The position numbers and the translations under genes are program-made. DNA of 10,972 bases from Synechococcus sp. Its GTDB lineage: Bacteria > Cyanobacteriota > Cyanobacteriia > Thermostichales > PCC-7336. Each line of letters starts with the position of its first letter. The stretch's first letter is position 1. The stretch is taken from the NCBI GenBank assembly GCA_051439605.1, contig JBFRWN010000029.1, positions 1 through 10,972 of the forward strand, given 5' to 3'. Shown here one piece after another: positions 8,457 through 10,972 of this stretch. The notes below the pieces were generated by a model. That model ran no database searches, was not told the DNA's origin, and saw only the letters and a program-made list of their open reading frames with translations.

Positions 8457-9155
8457 GTGGCTAATCGAAGACGTTCGCGCCCCACATCTGACTCAGTGGC
8501 CTCGGGAGTTGAAGAGCTAATTGCTCGACTGCGGGATGAAGGAGTGAATAACGGTCGCGCTCGAGCAGAACAGATTGTCAAAGATGCTCAAGCCCGTGCT
8601 GATTTGCTGGTCAAGGAGGCTCAGCAAGAAGCCGAGTGCATTGTCAACCAAGCCCAAGAAGAGGCAGAAAACTTAAAACGCGCAGGATATGAAGCCCTAC
8701 AGTTAGCTTTCCGCGATACGAACTTAGCACTGAAGACACAATTGAACCAGCAGTTTACGGGGAAACTCCAGGGTTTAGTCGGTGCCGAAACCGAGAAACC
8801 AGAACTGCTGCAAAAGCTGCTCCTGGAGGTAGCCAGTCGAGTCAAGGAGGAAGTGGCTCAAGCCCAAGAGGTGGAAGTGCTGCTGCCCCGAAAGGTTGCT
8901 GGAGTCGGAGAACTGAGCCGCAATTGTGCCGAACTGGAGCAGGAGATACTCACCTACTTCGTCAAATTAATCAGTCAAGATATGCTGCGAGAAGGTGTCA
9001 GTTTTGGAGTCGCTAAGGATAATCAGAGGGGGCTGAGGCTCCGACTGATAGACCGGGAAGTGGTGCTAGATCTCAGCGATCGCGCTATTGCCGAGACGCT
9101 CCTCGAACACCTCCAACCTCGCTTCCGCGCTCTTTTGGAAGGTATTGTCAAATAA
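8457..9155 (+). CDS. ntpE: V/A-type ATP synthase subunit E (peripheral stalk)
   Basis: 232 aa, GTG start after AGGAGG. N-terminal coiled coil GVEELIARLRDEGV...A..IV..A repeats. C-terminal DLSDRAIAETLLEHLQPRFRALL, typical of subunit E. Confidence 0.9.
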   Translation: MANRRRSRPTSDSVASGVEELIARLRDEGVNNGRARAEQIVKDAQARADLLVKEAQQEAECIVNQAQEEAENLKRAGYEALQLAFRDTNLALKTQLNQQFTGKLQGLVGAETEKPELLQKLLLEVASRVKEEVAQAQEVEVLLPRKVAGVGELSRNCAELEQEILTYFVKLISQDMLREGVSFGVAKDNQRGLRLRLIDREVVLDLSDRAIAETLLEHLQPRFRALLEGIVK

Positions 9156-9838
9156 TGACCAAGTATCTCACCCTAATGGCCAGCTTGCCACCGATGGGCC
9201 AACTATTTGAAGCCAAGCAGACTCCAATTTCCCGACTCAAACTAGAAAGTCGGCTCAAGATGCTCGCAGAAAAAGACGCAATCCTCTTGAATCGGATTAG
9301 TTCCCTAATAGCCTGGTCGGAACAGCCGATGAAGCGCAGTGATGCTCAGTTTATTGCCGAAGCCCAGCGTTTCTTTGAGGAGGTGCGCTCCCCAATCTTA
9401 CAAGAAATAGTCGCTTACCGTCTCGACCTGCGCACGATCGTAGCTGCCCTGCGCCGCCGCCACCGAGGAGAGAGCAATCCTCCCCTGAATCAACCTTGGG
9501 GATTTGGCCGTTGGGTCAACTACATTGAGCGTCACTGGGCGGAGCCAGAATTTCACCTAGAAGTAATTTTTCCTTGGGTGTCGGCAGCTCATCGCTTGCT
9601 AAGTGCCAATGATGCAGTTGCTCTGGAACGCTTGCAATTTGAGCTCAATTGGCAAATGCTCCAGCGAGTGGAGACAGGACATTACTTTGATTTTGAAGCG
9701 GTAGTAATTTACGTGATGCGCTGGAGTATGGTCGATCGCTGGCTCCGCTATAATGGTGAGGCTGCTGTTGGGCGTTTCAGAAAGCTGGTTGATGCGGGTA
9801 GGGAAAAATTTACGGATCTGTTTGCTGAAAACTCCTAA
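9155..9838 (+). CDS. DUF2764-family protein, V-type ATPase subunit C-like
   Basis: 227 aa. N-terminal YLTLMASLP, central LRTIVAALRRR, C-terminal HYFDFEAVVIY. Lies between E and A, with a TAATG overlap with ntpE. Confidence 0.85.
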   Translation: MTKYLTLMASLPPMGQLFEAKQTPISRLKLESRLKMLAEKDAILLNRISSLIAWSEQPMKRSDAQFIAEAQRFFEEVRSPILQEIVAYRLDLRTIVAALRRRHRGESNPPLNQPWGFGRWVNYIERHWAEPEFHLEVIFPWVSAAHRLLSANDAVALERLQFELNWQMLQRVETGHYFDFEAVVIYVMRWSMVDRWLRYNGEAAVGRFRKLVDAGREKFTDLFAENS

Positions 9839-9939
9839 TGGCAATTTGTCAAAAGCTGATTACTGGAAGAAACTCGGCAAGGTATTATTATGATACAGGC
9901 TTATTCAAGCCAAAATTAGAGCATCGACAATGAAATTCT

Positions 9940-10845
9940 ATGGGTGAAATGTTTAATTGGGCACGAGTAATTGCCGTTCAAGAAGACTTGGTCACCATTA
10001 AAATGGCTGAATCTAATGCCCGCCCCCTAGTTAAGAACGAAGTGGTTTATATCTGTCCCCAGCGAGAAAGTAAAGGTCGCACCGAGAAACTCAAAGCTGA
10101 GGTTCTGCGAGTAAGGGGACGGGAAGCCGATGCTCAGGTTTATGAAAGTACGTTGGGGGTGGGTGTTGGCGATCCAGTAGAACAGACGGGTCAGTTACTA
10201 TCAGTTTCTCTAGGACCGGGGTTATTGGGTCAGGTCTATGATGGCTTGCAAAATCCCCTCGCAGAAGTCGCAGCGAGCTACGGTACATTCTTGCCCCGGG
10301 GGATCTACCTATCTGCTTTAGACCCGCAGAAAAAATGGTCCTTTATCCCCAGCACCAATATTGGCGATCGTCTCAAAGCAGGAGATGCGATCGGTACAGT
10401 TCAAGAAGGTCGATTCACCCACAAAATTATGATTCCCTTCGACGAGCCGACAGAAGTCACCTTAGACTGGATTCAACAGGGTAACTTTACCATCGATACG
10501 CCGATCGCTCGGATTAAGGAGCGAAATGGCCAGGAACGTTTCTTGACCCTTACCCAGCAATGGCCCGTGCGACGCTCACTGCCTCAGCAACTATTGGAAA
10601 CCCAATTTTCTGAGCGACTCTATCCCCAAGAGCCAATGATTACGACCCAGCGCATCATCGATACTTTTCTGCCCATTGCTCGGGGAGGGACAGGCTGTAT
10701 TCCAGGACCTTTTGGAGCAGGCAAAACTGTACTACAAAATCTGATCTCCCGTTTCTCGGCAGTAGATATCGTGATTCTGGTCGCCTGCGGTGAACGGGCA
10801 GGGGAGGTAGTAGAAACTATCACCGAGTTTCCCAAACTGAAAGAT
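9940..10845 (+). pseudogene. ntpA: V/A-type ATP synthase catalytic subunit A, truncated or interrupted after codon 302 (ORF reads on into foreign sequence to TGA at 10914)
   Basis: Motifs LGPGLLGQVYDGLQNPL, QWPVR, RIIDTFLPIARGGTGCIPGPFGAGKT (Walker A) and CGERAGE. Homology stops at EFPKLKD, where the family continues as DP.TG..LM.RT...NTS.MPVAARE. The A subunit is normally about 590-600 aa; the Walker B motif and C-terminal domain are absent. Confidence 0.92.
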
Positions 10846-10972
10846 GGGCACCTCGAAAAATTCAAACTACACTCATTGGGTCAGCCCATGAGGCAAGTTT
10901 TTTTGAAAAATTGAATGGAATTTAAATTCATATTGCGCTTGTACTTAAATTGAATATCTCGATTGCCAACAG
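10846..10972. mobile_element. Probable insertion-sequence terminus interrupting ntpA
   Basis: Abrupt junction AAAGAT|GGGCACCTCGAAAAATTC. The G-rich start followed by an A-run looks like an IS5/IS1182-type terminal inverted repeat (family from recollection). Composition shifts to AT-rich, and the segment runs to the window end. Confidence 0.7.

Larger units (their letters stand above)
250..9083. repeat. Dispersed HIP1 octamers (GCGATCGC)
   Basis: Exact copies found by eye at 250, 274, 972, 1528, 1717, 2037, 2382, 6345 and 9076; a cyanobacterial genome signature. Confidence 0.9.

Noticed and set aside
4321..10865. Short antisense or alternative-frame ORFs within the ATPase genes
   Set aside because: They overlap well-supported genes, are under 100 aa and show no independent evidence of coding.
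1..10972. CRISPR array, tRNA/rRNA or other structured RNA genes
   Set aside because: No repeat-spacer periodicity or RNA-gene signature was seen. The only tandem array is the spacerless 7-mer STRR.

Overview
Cyanobacterial DNA (nine HIP1 GCGATCGC octamers found by eye, plus an STRR1 heptamer array). From left to right: (1) a Lys/Thr-rich hypothetical ORF fragment (<3-356) next to a possible IS-end remnant (~295-459). (2) An intact carB on the minus strand (588-3878), with a 49-bp STRR1 array translated as part of the protein. (3) A 308-bp AT-rich divergent promoter region holding two GTA-N8-TAC (NtcA-type) boxes, each 22 nt from a TATAA(A/G) hexamer, one facing carB and one facing the operon. 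(4) An A/V-type ATPase operon in the order B-D-I-K-E-DUF2764(C-like)-A. Its proteolipid keeps the complete E. hirae NtpK-type Na+ ligand set. The operon is poor in HIP1 and has codon-usage switches, consistent with horizontal acquisition. The catalytic A subunit breaks off after codon 302 at 10845, where an IS-terminus-like sequence starts and runs the last 127 bp of the window. Best candidate system: a laterally acquired, probably Na+-coupled V-type ATPase that may be under nitrogen (NtcA) control and now appears disrupted by an IS.
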